A DNA stretch of 54,249 nt, counting the filler, from Bipalium vagum (Eukaryota): the NCBI GenBank assembly GCA_037834085.1. It is 3 parts of 3 records of this genome, joined end to end, with 100 filler letters (N's around TTAATTAATTAA, not from the genome) between each part and the next. Parts side by side here need not be neighbours in the genome. Positions count along the whole stretch, not along the records: positions 1 to 16,032 come from JBBMKC010131075.1; 2 more parts are not named here. One strand, 5' to 3'. Of the stretch, positions 1 to 14,624 are shown piece after piece. The translations under genes were made by a program, and so were the position numbers. Within the stretch, counting starts at the first letter, position 1; each line of letters starts with the position of its first letter. Below the pieces are notes generated by a model that had not been told where the DNA came from, did not search any database, and saw only the letters and a list, made by a program, of their open reading frames with translations.

Positions 1-76
1 GGTTAATCCGAAAAATCGGATATTACGAATTTTTTTTGTGGCAATAGGCGATTCGTAATATCCGGACTAAACTGTA
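1..76. mobile_element. Terminal inverted repeat end of a pogo/Tigger-like DNA transposon
   Basis: Ends in ...ACTG-TA. Subterminal inverted pair CGGATATTACGAAT / ATTCGTAATATCCG. Confidence 0.55.
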
Positions 77-599
77 TTTCATTTGATTTGACATTTCTTC
101 ATATTTTTTTCTGCGGACGTTTGATCGATTTTCTGATAGTAACTTTACCAAAGTTTGATTCTTTTGAGTATTATTAGGATTTTGTTGTACTACGGTAGAA
201 TTTTTAATAAAGTTTTACTGTGATTGTTTTGATTCAATTGGGGTGCGAATAAAGTATTATTGTGGGAGTTTTGATTCAATAGAGTTAAATTTGTGTAGCT
301 ATAGTAGTAAATGAATACAACATTATAAAGTGAGGAGTAATCGATATTCGAGTAAAAGTTACTGTTTCAGTTTAAGGTATAATAGTAACAAAAGGAAAAT
401 TTTCTCTCTTCCGTTTTCTGCTCCTGTAATATCCTGTAAAATAATGATATCGAATTGTTTTTTATGAGAGTGAGAATGTAGTCTTTCTGTTTATGTGATG
501 TTAAATACGGCAGTTATATAGAACTGTTTCATTTGAAGAAGGTGTTTCGGAAATTCTCAACGTAAACATAAATGAGCATTAAAATAATCTTTATTAAAT

Positions 600-1518
600 A
601 ATGTTCGCAAGGATAATTTTAACCTCCAAAATGAGCCACGTGGTTGTCCAGAATCAAAGGTGTGCAATGACAAATTAAAGATGATCATTGAGTCTAACAT
701 ATGTCAGAGTGCCCAGGAATTGTTTGCAAAGTTTGGTGTCACCAAAAAACATTTTAGATCATATAAATCATATAGGAAAGGTGAAAAATTAGATAAATGA
801 GTTCCTCATGAACTGAATGCAAAAACAAAAAGAAAAGCGTTTGCAAGCCTATTTGATGTTCCTTTCTCGTCAAAAATCTGATCCATTTTTGAATTGTATT
901 GTCACTTGTGACGAAAAATGGATAAGATGACAACTGCAATATGACAACTACAAACGTTCTTCACAGTGGTTGGACAAAGATGAACCACCGAAACACAGTC
1001 CAAAGCGTAATATCATGAACAGAAACTGATGGTGAGTGTTTGGTGGTGTAGTGCAGGTGTGATTCATTAGGTATTTTTGAAACCGGGCTCATCGATCAGA
1101 GCAGAAGTGTATTGTAAGTCATTGAACGAAATGGTGAAAAAAATTAAAATAAAACAGCCAAAATTAATCAAAAGATCAATTCCTACTTTATTGCAGGATT
1201 GAATTGGAACTTCTTAATCATCCTCCATACTCACCAGACATAGCTCCTACTGATTACTATTTCTTTCGCAATTTGGACAACTTTTTCGGTGGAAAACAAT
1301 TCAAATCTGACGATAATATAAAATTGCCCTTCCAGGAATTCCTTGACACTCGCCCGCTAGGGTTTTATATGACCGGCATGAACAAGCTATGGCTTAAATG
1401 GCAAAATTTTGTAGACAATATGGGTGCTTATCTCGATGAATAGCATAGTTTCTTTTATTTGTAATTTATTAATAAACTTTGTTTTTCATTTTACAAATTT
1501 CATACTACACAAACTGAT
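600..1518 (+). mobile_element. Decayed mariner transposon (5'-truncated)
   Basis: VPHEL, IVTCDEKW, KLMVSVWW, HPPYSPDIAPTDY motifs with stops and frameshifts; TIR-like end near 1495-1518. Confidence 0.92.
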
Positions 1519-1522
1519 ACTA

Positions 1523-1790
1523 AAAGATTTTAATAGAAAAATAAAAAAGAAAATAGAGAAGTTTTCATGCTAGTTGATGACGCAACTAGCCATAAATTTT
1601 TTGGTGATATGACTATAGAAAACCTAGAAATAATTTTTATTTCAGGTAACACTACATATCTGGTAAGACCACTTGATGCAAGAATTATAAGAGCATTCAA
1701 AGCGTATTACCGTCAACTAGTAGTCCGAAGTCAAGTAATTTAAATTGAGATGGAAATTGTGCCAGATGAAATTTCAAAAATGCTTACCAT
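1523..1790 (+). mobile_element. pogo/Tigger transposase fragment
   Basis: LVDDATSH...NTTYLVRPLDARIIRAFKAYYR, matching the DNAxxH and NTT..QPLD.GII..FK motifs. Confidence 0.8.
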
Positions 1791-3619
1791 TGATCTTGAA
1801 TCACGTATTATCATAACACGTATTAGTGAACATTCGCAATTAAGCAGAACCAGTAAATTTTTAGATCATTCTTTGAATTGTGTTGTGCGAAAAGGTTAAG
1901 TAAAAGCTGAAGAATTTCTGAGCAATTATGAATAATTTGGATAACAATGAACGGAAGTTATACAAATAGTTATTAATAGAAAAGCAACAACCGGAAATCA
2001 GCATTCAACATGAGAACGTAAAAACCAGTCTATTGTCAATGTATTCTCATATTATTAAAATATTACTTTAAAACACAAATTAAAAAAATTTTAAAAATCA
2101 TTTTTTTTAAAATAAGAAAATAATAATAATTTTTCTATTCCGAAATTTGCAAAATATTTAAATTAAAAATTAGACCGTCTTTAAAAAATATTTATATTTA
2201 AAAAAATAATTTTTTTTCTTAAGTGATATTAAAAAACAAGAACACAATAAGATCGCAACCTTCAAACGGTAAGTCCTCATCTATAGGTCTAACTTGCTCC
2301 ACCTTTTAAGAAACTTAATAATATTTATTGATTCCAGTCTTGTACTGCCGACCTGAATTTTTTAAAACAGGAACAATCGATCTTTCATATGGTGGATATG
2401 AACAGAGCCCGCAACCAAATTAATCAAATTTAAAAATGTGAAGTATTAATAGAATAAATTTTTTGGGTCAATTTGAAAATGTTTTTATTCAACTTGGTCT
2501 TATTCTTTCTCAACTCTACATAAAGCTATTAACTATTTTATTTTAATTTTTATGGTATTGAAGTATTCAATATTAAAACATTTGAGTTTCAATTTTATTT
2601 CTTCAAAATCCCTTCTTTTATTTATTGTTTTTACATTTTCCCCCTTTTTCAATATGATACTTCTAATTTATCAGCTATATATTCATAAAAAATTTAAAAT
2701 TTTCACTTATTTAATTTCTAACTTTCTCCAATCAATAATATTTCTATGATAATTTCTCTAGTTTAATTAACGATAATTATTTAAAATTTCCTAAATCTAA
2801 AATTTTTAAAATCAGATATTTTTTAATTTTGTTTATTTAGAATCATTTCGAATTAATCTTATCTAATTTAAATTGTTATTGTAATAAATATTACTGAGTA
2901 ATGACTATTTCATTAAAATTTTTTATTCTTTTCTATCATTATTTGCATGAAAGTTATTGTCGATTTTCACAATTAATTAATATTAATTAAGAAAATCTAT
3001 ATTAATATAAACAATAATATATTTCCTTCTACTTTAATTTCTTATATTGTATTATGGTATTTAGTTTGAGGAAAAACAGAAACATGAATGAAATTTAAAA
3101 TTTTTCTTCAAACAATTTTTATTGTTGTCTTTAAAAATCTTTGTTATATTCGAACATGAATTTCCATATTTTACAGTTCGTAATATCTCTAATTAAACTA
3201 AAACTTAAAACTAAAAAAATTAAAATTTTAAAAATATCAAAAAAACAGGTGTCAACAATTTTTCTTGATTTTTAAAATTAATATTATTAAAGTGATTTGT
3301 GACTACCAAAATATATTTTCATTATGAAAAGAAAAATATTTAAAAATCAAATTAATGTACAACAATTTTAAAAAGTTGACAAAACCGCCAAAATCAAATA
3401 CTCTGACTATAAAATGTCAAAAAATCACACGAATAAAAACTTTATAAACATAAAATAATGAATAATTTGGCAGGTCAAAATATCAATAAATAATAATCGT
3501 AAATAATCGTAATGAGCAAAGCACTTCAAAATGTAAAATAATAATAATTTTAAAACCATAGAAAATCAACGAATTCCCACTCTGAAAAGCAACTTTACAA
3601 TACTCAGTGTATTACAGGA

Positions 3620-6313
3620 CTAAAGAATATGACAACATTCATTTTCCTCTTCTACCTTTAACGGTGCTACAATATCTGGCACTTTTTGGGACAGCGCACT
3701 CTCATACACGGCAATTATTATTTTCTTAAATACCTGAAAAATTAGATTTCTTAAACGTGTCACATAACGGAAACATAGTACATATAGTGGAATTCACAGA
3801 ACGACCCAGATCAAAGATTCGCAATCATCCATAAATCGGTCAATGTAGATTTTTGCTCAATACATAAATTAAGATGTACATTTCCCACTTAACACTCGAA
3901 CTAATCCAACATATCACAGTGATCAATTTTAAAATAATATAATTTATTTTTTAATTAAGATTTGATTAGTAAATCTTTTTAAAAAATGCTTCATAATTCT
4001 ATCTGCAAACATGAAAAATTGTGAAATAATCTGGGCAAAATTTTCTACGAAATTATAAAAACCAACTATGTTTAGAAATCATTTTGTTTTAAATATCAAT
4101 ATTATTTTAATTAATTTTTACAGCAACCTACATATGATAAAAATGTATTTAATAAAAGGAGTCCGTTAAAAATCAATTGTACCCTCACTTGAAAGTTCCG
4201 AGAGAACAAACAAATCAACACTCTTTCTAGATCATCGTAACTGTCAGGTTATTTTGTTCAGACTTCTTCTGACTTGAACCAATGGAAATATTATCATCAA
4301 CGATGAACTTTGTACGATAATTTTCAATCTGATCACTGTAAAATTACATTACAAAATAATTTCCTTATTACAATTGCTAACTGAGTGCGTGCGTAAGGAT
4401 GTAATTGAAACTAATTTAAAGTGAAATTGTAAATAGGCTTTAAAAAAGCATATTGTATATACAACCAATGCCACAAGTCCAACCCAAATCGCCCAAATTA
4501 ATGTCCACAGAAGATGTCCCAACAAAAAATCAAATGAAGCAATAATATTTTATTTTTTGATTAATTTAAACAATGATTATATAATTTTTATTAAATCCCT
4601 TCATGTAAATAATATATTTTGTTTGTTAATACAAATTTGTAGTATTTTATTGATTGGTGAAATTATATTGTAATTCGTCTTTGATGGATATATGATTAAT
4701 TTTAAAAAACAACTTTAACAACATCTTGCATATTGCTATTCTTCTTTGCGCTTGTTAGTCAGTAAGCTCATGACAAACAAATCTGTATTCCTTATTTTAC
4801 AAACCAAGTTCAAGAAGATAACAAACAATGGCTGTATTAGACACTCCAACTTGAGTGGACAATGTCCGAGTGCTAATTTCTACATTTAATGCTTGTACCA
4901 AAAACTTCGGCACTTCCAAATTGTGCTTTTTCTTCAAGACTTGTGTCACCTTCATTAAATCTCTGTAACCATTTTGTCATAAATTATTATAGAAACTGTT
5001 CTAAGATGGTCAATTTTGCATATCTTTTTGGCTGATACCATGTTTCCCATAAGAGCGCACAATACCAATAATTATTATTTTTTGCCCACCATTTTGTGGC
5101 TTTTTATATAAAACCATTTTTGTTAAAATTATATTAAAAATAATTAATTGATTATCAAAAAATGGATAAACATAATTTTATTAAAATTACTCTGTTTTTT
5201 CTAAAAAGATAATTAAAATAAAGTGTCAAAGATCTTTTAAATCAACATAGTAATATCACGGTTTGTACCACAGTTCAGCTTCCGAAGAACTACGACATAA
5301 GATCAGAATTCCCAAACTTTCTTGACTGAATTACAAGATATCAGTGCACACAACCGTAGCTTTTACAACCGTTATTGTGAATTATGCGTTTAAAATTTTA
5401 AAAAATCATACAGTTTTGATCTTGTATCCTACCAATTTACTTGTTAAACTACAGAAAAATGAGTTCAAGTGACAAGCACTTTACTGACAACGAAAACAAA
5501 TTATTTTTCAGAAAATGTTATTACCCTTATCTATTGATCAATATAAACACTACTGAAAACTATTTAAAAATGTTAAATTGAAAAATGATAATTTAAGAAC
5601 TTGATAATTAAGAACTTAAGTACATTCGTCAGTCCAAAGAACTATATTCCAACCGGTTGAAGAGTTTAATAGTTCTCTTACTAATGCAACGCGTGCTTTC
5701 TGATTCATCTTCGAAATTGAAGGTTTCTTCCGTGCCATACTCCCATGTAACCCTATGTCTGAAAGTCGGTTTCTCACAGTTGACTTGGAAATTAATATGC
5801 CATTTTGTTACTTAATGACTATGCTCACTATCTCAGCTGATGTTCACCATATCTTTATTAACATTTCTTTGGATTATTCGATCCTCTTTTGGTGTTGTTA
5901 TTTTTCGTCTTCCTCGTCCGGACTGGTTTTCACGTTTCCATCTGATGGGTTAGATTACAAACATGAATTATGTAAATGGGTTAGAAAAAAACCATGAGAA
6001 ATATGATGGGTTAGATTACAAACATGAATTATGTAAATGGGTTAGAAAAAAAACATGGGTTGAAAAAAAAACATGATCCAAATTATCTTGAAAATATTTA
6101 AATATCATCGTACGGATAATTATTATATTGGAGTATATGAATACTGATATAATTTAGGTAAGAAAAAAATTAAGTTTAAGTCATAAATAAATAATAACAT
6201 CATTAAGTGTATCATTGTATCACATTGTGATTATCAGTTAATATTTGTTTAATGAAATAACAGTTGGAAAAAGTTTTAATTAATTTCTCATTTACACGAG
6301 GTCATTTTAATTA

Positions 6314-6356
<43 letters not shown>

Positions 6357-9300
6357 CAAAGTACTGATGACTTACATCATCAACATTATCTCCAGTTCTT
6401 GCAGATGCTGCAACGGTTTTAATAACATTGTCGGACTTCAAAATTGAATCACTGACCTCTTTCATTTTTTTCTCATGTATAGTGCAAATGTCTTTTTTGT
6501 TTCCCACTGAAATGGAGTGCTTTCTTTTAATGAACATTAAGTTTAAATATAAAACTTTAATTATAAATTACCGTTATAAAACCTGTAAATCGGTTAACGT
6601 ATAAAAATGTGATATTTATTTATTGATTATAAAGAAACATATCTTTCGATAATGTTTTATTTAACAAAAAATGACATTGAATTTATGTGAAATTAGAAAA
6701 TATTCACTCAATATATTATATTGATAATAAAGTTATGTCAAAATCAAAAAATCTGTTTTTTTATTTGGTTGGTACAAAAGATAATGAGCGTCTTTTATAA
6801 AATAATTTAAAAAGAAGAAGGATGTTAAAAATACATTACAACAATTTTTCAAGGCGAATTTTTTTATATGTGAAAGATAATTTTGGGTATTGATAATCAT
6901 AGTAATTAATTTAATAAGTAAGAAATTTTTTTTTGAATTTTTATTAAAAATTTCCTTTGAAAAACATTATTTTTTGATAACCTTATATTAATTTTAGAAT
7001 TTCTGTTATAACAATTTATAATTTAATTAATCAAAATCTTATTTTTAAAATCAATATTTTTTTTCATTATTAACATTAATATTTTATTTTATTATTAATT
7101 ATTATTATTGTTATTCATTGGTTATTCACTATTTAGTCAATAAATTAAAAATCATTAAATAAATCTTTTGATTTCATCTTATATAATTATATAGAGATTT
7201 ATAATTTCAAGTAAACTAGTGATTAGAATAGTGATTAGAATTAGTGATTCAAACTTTATTTCCATTTTTTAATAACTTATTATAATATTTGTAAGTCTTA
7301 ATATGATCTATTTTTAATTTTTGTAATAGGTTCAAATTTAATTATTTAAAAAGTAAGGATTAATGAGAAAAAATTCAAAATAAAGATTACAATATAAAAA
7401 AATACATTCTTTATTAAATATCTTACCAACTATCACGGGAATGTTTTCAGAACATTTCTCTGCAACAGTTTTTAACCATTCTCTAACTTTTTTGACATTT
7501 GAATCTTCAGTGATGTCAAAAACTAATACAACACCTTCCGCTTTTTTATAAAATCTGAAATATTTTAATTCAATTTAATTTCTTAACTTAAATAAAATCA
7601 AAAAATCTAAATCAAAAAAGGAACAAAAATATAAAGCAAATTGATATCTAAAATCATTATAATTATAATAATAAATGATTTTTGACATAAATTGATTTTA
7701 GATCAAATATGTAGAAATTATTATATTTTATTGATAAATTAATAAGTAATTTTATTTGTCCTGTATGAAATTTGTATTACTAAGTGTATTTTTAAAGTTC
7801 ACTTATATCTAACTTAGCATCTTCCTGGCGAATATAAATTTCATTTTTAGATTATAAAAGGTTCACATTAAAATAAAAAATTAATAAGTATTAATTGCTT
7901 TTCTTAAAATAATTCACATAAAATATTGATAACCTTTGATTATCAAAATGTAATTATATAATTTGAGATATATTCTAGTAAGTTTTATTTTACTGATCAA
8001 ATTATTTAATCATTATCTTTAAAAAAATTGAAATGTTTTTTGACTGACCTTAATTTAAAAATCTATTTTCAAAATTATCAGTTTGAAAACCTTATTTATT
8101 CATTATTTATTTCATTTTTCAAAATATATAAAATAAAATCATTTTTTAAATAAAAAAATACATAATATTGATTAAAGAAAATTTTAATATTTCAATTAAA
8201 TTACCTATATTTAGTTTAATTTTACTGAAATTATAATTGATTAGTTTTATAGTTTAAAATACAGAATGTCAATTAACTATTTAAATAATAAGTAGTGCAA
8301 TAAATTGATTTTTGACTATTAATTAAATATTATTTTGAAAATAACATTTGATTTTATTGTAAAATATTTTGAAAAAATACTCAGTGTTTATATTGCTCAC
8401 TTAATCAAATTATTTATCATTTATCAAAATAATATTAGGTTGAGGGAAAAGTCACAACGATAAGTCACTATAAAAAACATTTAATTAATAAAAATATGCA
8501 CCATTGGCATCTACAGCGTCCTACGAGTTTATTTATACTCTTTCTGAAAAAGTCCAAGTCACGGGATTCAATATGTTAACTATTCAATGTCAACTAAAAT
8601 ATGTTGATTTTTGAACTGCTTTTTTCGTAGGAAATTGTCAAGTGACAGGAATAGATTATAATCTTTGGGAAATATATTTTGGAAATTAGGTGGGTGAGGT
8701 AAAATTTCGTAATTCAGTTCATGTAATTTTTAGAGTTAATTTAGAAACCTGCAGCCGAGCGTTATCGTGCAAAACTAAAAGATGGCTGCAATTCACGAAG
8801 GCAGGGTGGTTTTGCTTCATGTTTTCATGACAAGAATCGAGTTGACGAAAATATAAATCCGCTATGACAGTTTCTCCAAAATCCAAGAAATCATGAATAA
8901 TACCTGCCATAGACTACCAAACGATTATCATTAATTTATATAGAATAATTTCTTGCTTTACAACTGTGCTTGGCTTAATATAATAAAGTAATATTTTATA
9001 ATAGTATATAGTATTCTAAGTAGTTTTAAAACTTTATAAACAGAAAAAAAAGCATTCAATGTAACTTAAAATTTTTCCTTTGAAACGAATACATGCACAA
9101 CATTTTTTTTTCAAAATGCTCTCCTTTAGTTTCTTATAACGATGTAAATTACTAAGTTCATTTTAAGCCACCTTTTCAAAAATATTGTTTGGTATGTTAG
9201 TAAATGTATCAATGATTTTTTGTTTCAAATCTTGTAATGAAGGAATTGGTTGTGACAAAATTTATTTCCACTCAAGTTCATGGGAGTAAGTTCCCTTGAG

Positions 9301-12300
9301 TTTGGTGACAAATCAGTAACTCCTCTTCTGTCAATCCATACCCATTCTCGAAGTTTTTAAAGAACAATCTGTAGAAGCGCCATCTTGCATAAAAACCATT
9401 GAGGAAACTAAGAGTAATTGATTAAAAGCAGGCCAAAATAAGCTTTTAACATTTCTAAGTAATTTTTACCTGTCACATTTTGTTTCAAAATATGTGTACA
9501 CGTTTATATCGAAAATAATCAAGTAATTTATTAATCCAAGCGTTTTTTTGTACAAAAACTATTCAAATAAAAAATGGCTAATTTAAGTAATATATTAAAA
9601 TAGTTCAGTTTCCATTCGTTGGACATCTATACATGTCTGTAATCTTGGCAATACAGATTTGCAAACTTTCTGACAAAGATCTACTGGAATCAGACTGATT
9701 TCTCCATTACGTTTTCCAGATATTTATAAAATATTTATATTTTTCCAATGAATTATCTAAAATAATATATAAAAATGATGCATGTTCATTGACACATTTT
9801 TATTTGTTTAAACCCGTATAAATATTTACGAAACACCTTGTACACATGGCAATAAAAACTACCAAAACTAAATATACAAAGATTTAATAATAATACATAC
9901 TTTAATAATGTATACTTTAGAGTTGTAAAGCTACTTAATTGAAACCCTGTATATCGAATTTTTCAACGAAATATAAGAGTTTCCAGAAAAAATCTGGCAG
10001 GCATGAATATGGAAAAAATATATAGAAACTAATTTGAAATATTTTAAAATTATATTTATTAAGATACAGTACTTAATAATACAAATGCGAAAATACAAGC
10101 TGAAATCAGTTTCAGTTTATTCGTCACCGTACGTATCAAAAGATTAGGATCTCTTTGATATGTTCTTATTTTCTTTGCAATTTCTTAATTTGCTTCAACC
10201 AGATTTTCTACCAATCTTTTTTTCTGTCGATGATCAAAGTTTTACGATAATTTGACAAAACATCGTGCACTCTTAGGCGAGGCAATTTTAATTGCTTGTT
10301 GATATTGCATTGATTAATAGAAATGTCTTGCAAGTTCTTGTCCACTATTAATTTTGGAATATAAATGTCAGTAGTCGATATATTTATTAACAAAAGTTTG
10401 ATTAGACAAAAATGCAATCAAATATTACTGGTATTCAAACACTAAATCCAAATACAATATATTATCATAATATTGCAAGTACAAAAAATTTATGGAATGT
10501 ATAAACTTGCCAGATTTTTTCTAAAACACACTATACATTTTGTTAAATCTTATTTTACCTTCTTACAATCTTTAATCATTCTTTGTATTTAAAAATGAAA
10601 ATTAAAAAACTACAAAATAAAATGTGCAAAATATTCTATTAATGCCTTAGAGACTATTTGATAAAAATCTCTTCCACAAGAGAATTTTTTAGGTTTCTGA
10701 AAAGGTAGAACTCACTTGAAGCCAAATCTGACGAATAACGTAGTTATTCTACCAAATAATGATTTAATTCTTTGATTTTTGCCATTGAAAAAACACTTGT
10801 CTGAACTCGTACATTATGTTGATTAAAAATATTTGTTCTGTTGCTTTTTATTTGTTTTTGCTTTGTTCTTTTTACTTTTTACAAGATAATCTATCATCAC
10901 AATTCCTTTGGCATTCCAAAAAACTATTATCACTAACTTTTTACCCTTTGTTCTCCATCTCAACTGCTTTTGGAATATTCAGCTTCAATCCACTGTAAGT
11001 GTACTCGTTTCAATTTAGGATCATGGTTGTGAATTCACGTCTCGTGCATAGTTATGACACAAAGCATAAAATTCGTTTTTTTTTATTAATAAGATCCTAA
11101 TGTTGTACACAAGATTTCTTCCTAAATATCTTTTGATGAGTTGTTTTGGAATACTGTACCCCTTTTCAAAATGCCTTCTACATATGAAAATCATCTTTTA
11201 ATTGTTCGTCTGAGATAACCAAGGTTTCAGCAATTTAATCGTAATCACAAATGGATATTTATGTTCAATTTCAAGATTTATTTCAACGATTTTCGAAGTG
11301 AGCCACTTTTAGGACATTCACTGCAGTATATCAAGCTGACTTGGTTCTCTACTGTTAGAAATTGACAAGAGTAAAGATTGCAATTAAAGCAAGACGTTCA
11401 GAATTAATCAACAGGAAAGGTATTGTGTTTACCTTGACAATGGTAGATCACACCTGTTTGTGATGACACCATAAACTAATAGATCTTGATTAAGAAATTT
11501 TTTAGTATCCTCCAAGTAGTCCAAGTAGACCCTCAGACAATCATGTGTTTCAATCACTGCAGAACTCTTTTAATGGTGTAAAATTGAATTCAAAAGAAAA
11601 CGGTGAAAAGCAATAATCTTATTTATTCACAAAAATAACAGAAGTTTTCCAAAGATGACATTTTAGCTTTACTAATTTATAAATTTTTCATATTTTCACA
11701 TCTGACGGAAACTTTAAAGACAACCGAATATAAACCGAAATATTTAGTAATAGTATCAAAGTTTTAGTCTGCAAAAATTTTAAAAATATATTATTCCTTT
11801 CATATACTTTTGAATATTAAATATTTTTTAATATTGATAAGAAAATGATCACTTTCTTAAAATAATTTTATTTATTTTACTTGGTTTTTTCAAAAATTGT
11901 TAGATTGAAAAGATTGTTTTTCATATTCAACAGTATTCCTAAATCTGCAATGATATCTCTCTTCTGTTTTTTATGGATTACCGACCTTAACACTGCTTGC
12001 AACGAATAAACTAAATACTACTAAAACAATTTTTACAGAAACTTACTTTATTTATAGATTTGGGAGACATTATTCGTTTAAAAAAATTGAGATCTAATGG
12101 GAAAAAAGAATAAGTAAAACATTTGCACCATTTACATCGACAATCTTCATTATTCTGCTATTTCTTGGTGAAAGATTGTACCAAAATATTCTGTACATTC
12201 CTGCACAGATATGAACTTTACTATTGAGGTATCGAATTTTCTGTATTTAAAATATAGTGGTACTCTCTTCAATAACCAATCTTTTTTTAAAACTTGTGTA

Positions 12301-13466
12301 GTAAAACTCTTGTCTTAATTGTAATAAACTTTTTAAAGATATCGAATTTCCTCTTTTGATATTGCCGTTATTACTTGAGAAAAATATAATTACTTATTTC
12401 AAATTGAGAATATTTTTAAAAACCTGTTTTTATATTTTAACATAAAACACCAATATTTAATTAAATATAATATTCAGTTACAATTTTTCATAAAATACGA
12501 AACTCAATGTTATTTTTTTAATATTTCTTTTATCAAAAATGAAAGATTAATATTATGAAATGAACTCAAATTCGAGTAATGAATAAGTGCACCTCATGAT
12601 TAAATCTATAATGGATGCAGACTGTAGCTAGATACAATGAACTTTGTATTATTTGGTTTAGTGAGATTCATAGATAGTTTTATTAATCTGATATGGTTTT
12701 ATTGAAATTTTTAGAAATGTTTTTCTAGTAAAAGTTAAGTATTAAAACTTATTCAAATATTTATGAAAAGAGAATAGGAATTTTACCTAAGTATAAAGGA
12801 AGTACAATGTTCAATTATGATCGATTTCTAGCTTATATAAACTTGAATATTAAAATAAACGAAATTTCACTGATTTTGATTAAATAATATAAATTAAAAT
12901 CTGTCAAATACATTTCTTTAGAATAGTGTAATTACAAAAATTCAAATTTGAACACTAACTTGACCGCTTCCTGTAAAATAAGATAAAATTTTAAATATCT
13001 TTCTGTGAAACATTTATAAAAAAAACAAGCTGTTTAACTGGATAATTAAGACCATTACTTGAACAATTTTTCGATATTATAAATAGACTGAAATTGATAA
13101 TTAAAAATAAAACATTGATGATCATAATTATAACTGTGCGTATTTAAGTATTAATTGAATTAAAATAATGAAAATTACAAATCAGTCATTGATTGAAATC
13201 TTTCATGACCTAAGGAATCCCACAAAAAAACATGCAATGTCGTATCCTTATACTTCATTTCATATGAATCAAAATCAAGAGTTGAATTAATGAAATTTTT
13301 TGTGAATTCTTTCCTAATGAACCTATGAAGCAATGAAGTTTTCCCACTACCTGAATTTTGTTTAAATATTATGAAAATTAAATAAAAATTCAATTCAAAG
13401 TATACCAAAATCACCAATAATAATTATATTCTTTTTTGAATTTAGAGATTCCCTATTAGAAGACAT
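3620..13466 (-). CDS. Divergent Rab-like small GTPase, 201 aa, 5 exons: 13466-13406, 13350-13179, 7554-7427, 6506-6376, 3733-3620
   Basis: All four introns are GT-AG with compatible phases (1,2,1,0). Spliced protein: MSSNRESLNSKKNIIIIGDFGSGKTSLLHRF...LWDSLGHERFQSMTDLFYKKAEGVVLVFDIT...VIVVGNKKD...AASARTGDNVDDVF...EEENECCHIL*. It contains G1, G3, G4 and G5-like boxes, RabF-like RFQSMT/FYKKA/LVFDIT motifs and a C-terminal prenylation motif. Confidence 0.9.
4700..5252 (-). mobile_element. mariner 5' fragment (in Rab intron 4)
   Basis: KWLQRFNEGDTSLEEK HTH-region motif; TIR-like end near 5225-5252. Confidence 0.65.
5620..5942 (-). mobile_element. Tc1 transposase fragment
   Basis: SKSTVRNRLSDIGLHGSMARKKP...WNIVLWTDE. 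Confidence 0.8.
5943..6075. repeat. ~61-bp tandem duplication with internal ATGGGTTAGA sub-repeats
   Basis: Near-identical copies start at 5943 and 6004. Confidence 0.9.
6318..6353. repeat. (AAT)n microsatellite
   Basis: Directly visible. Confidence 0.95.
8434..8980 (-). mobile_element. Decayed mariner 3' half (in Rab intron 2)
   Basis: LHDNAR, ILPHPP, DYNLFLSLDNFL; TIR TTAGGTTGAGGGAAAAGTC. Confidence 0.85.
9150..9953 (-). mobile_element. Fragments of Tc1/mariner-superfamily (rosa/maT-like) elements
   Basis: FMQDGA, WIDRRG..SPNSRELTP; TIR-like ends CACCTTGTA and AACCCTGTA. Confidence 0.55.
9960..10545. mobile_element. ~590-bp non-autonomous element with terminal inverted repeats
   Basis: AGAAAAAATCTGGCA near 9985 and TGCCAGATTTTTTCT near 10508. 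Confidence 0.5.
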
Positions 13467-14624
13467 AAAATACAAATTCCGAAAAAATTGAATCTTGAAT
13501 TTTAAATATCGCAAAAATTTGAACCATACAAACAACGAACTTATAAAATGAATAATTATCTATTATTATTTAAAATATTAAGATTACAAAACTAATTTTA
13601 GACAAGAATATCTTTAGAAATAAGCCCAATTTTTTAAACAGAATCTAATAAATTATTGTAAAGATAATTAGTATTATATAAGAGAAAGGATATTAAAATG
13701 ACCATTAAAATATTAATTTGTGCAATTTCATTAAAAGAAAATGACATTTTAGAAGTAAATACTTATACATATTTAATGATAAAGAAAAATTAGAGAACAT
13801 TGGTATGAAATGTTTATGTATTTGTTATGTATTTATTTTAGACTCAAGTCGTATCTTACTTGATAATTTCGGGTCTGTCAAATGCTCACATTTATATTGA
13901 ACACAAACAGTAGCGATAATTTTATAAATTTAACCGTTTATTTATACTAATCAATTGTAATATGAACTTGAATCTGATTACTAAAGATTCAAAAACAACT
14001 CACAAATAAAAATCAAAATTAAATAAAACACGTTTTATTGCAATTAAAATATACTGTATTATTGTGAAGACTCAAAAATAATAATAATTTTGATTTTAAG
14101 TGTGACAATTTTTATTGATTTTATTTTAATAAAAAAATAAGTATTTTTATTTGATTTTTTTACATGTAAATATGAGAAATCCTAAAAATAAAAATAAAGA
14201 ATTTAAAACCCTAACAATTATTTATATTATTGTTGTTGTTATTATTATTAAATAATTATTTTAGGTAAATAAAGAAAAATATATAAAAAACAAATAAATA
14301 AATAAAAAATAAAATTAGAAATAGCTAGATTTCTAAAAATAGAAACTTAAAACAAAAATATGATAGAAATCTAGAAAAGGAAAAATTAATTAAATGTTGA
14401 CAATCTTATTATTTATAAGTAATTTTTATTTTATTATCCTAACACATAATATATTAAGTAGAGTATCACATGTCCAGTTTTCATGTCCAAAACATGTTCT
14501 GTAAGTGTATTATAATTGTTAAGTTATCTTTTAAGAACACGGATATTAAACTGAATTAAATAATTCAAGAACTAGTTTAAGATAATTAGGTATATTATAT
14601 ACGATAATACAAAGTGCACTCATT

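Noticed and set aside
80-550. Segment that seemed readable as reversed, non-complemented coding sequence
   Set aside because: The ordinary reverse complement reads equally well as decayed coding sequence; no real evidence for anything unusual.
4350-4545. Minus-strand Trp-rich hydrophobic frame (GHLLWTLIWAIWVGL...) inside the Rab intron
   Set aside because: No convincing splice sites or recognisable family; another frame looks equally like a decayed transposon SWIM-type motif.
5943-6075. GGGTTAG motifs as interstitial telomere repeats
   Set aside because: Isolated motifs inside a ~30/61-bp minisatellite, not tandem TTAGGG.
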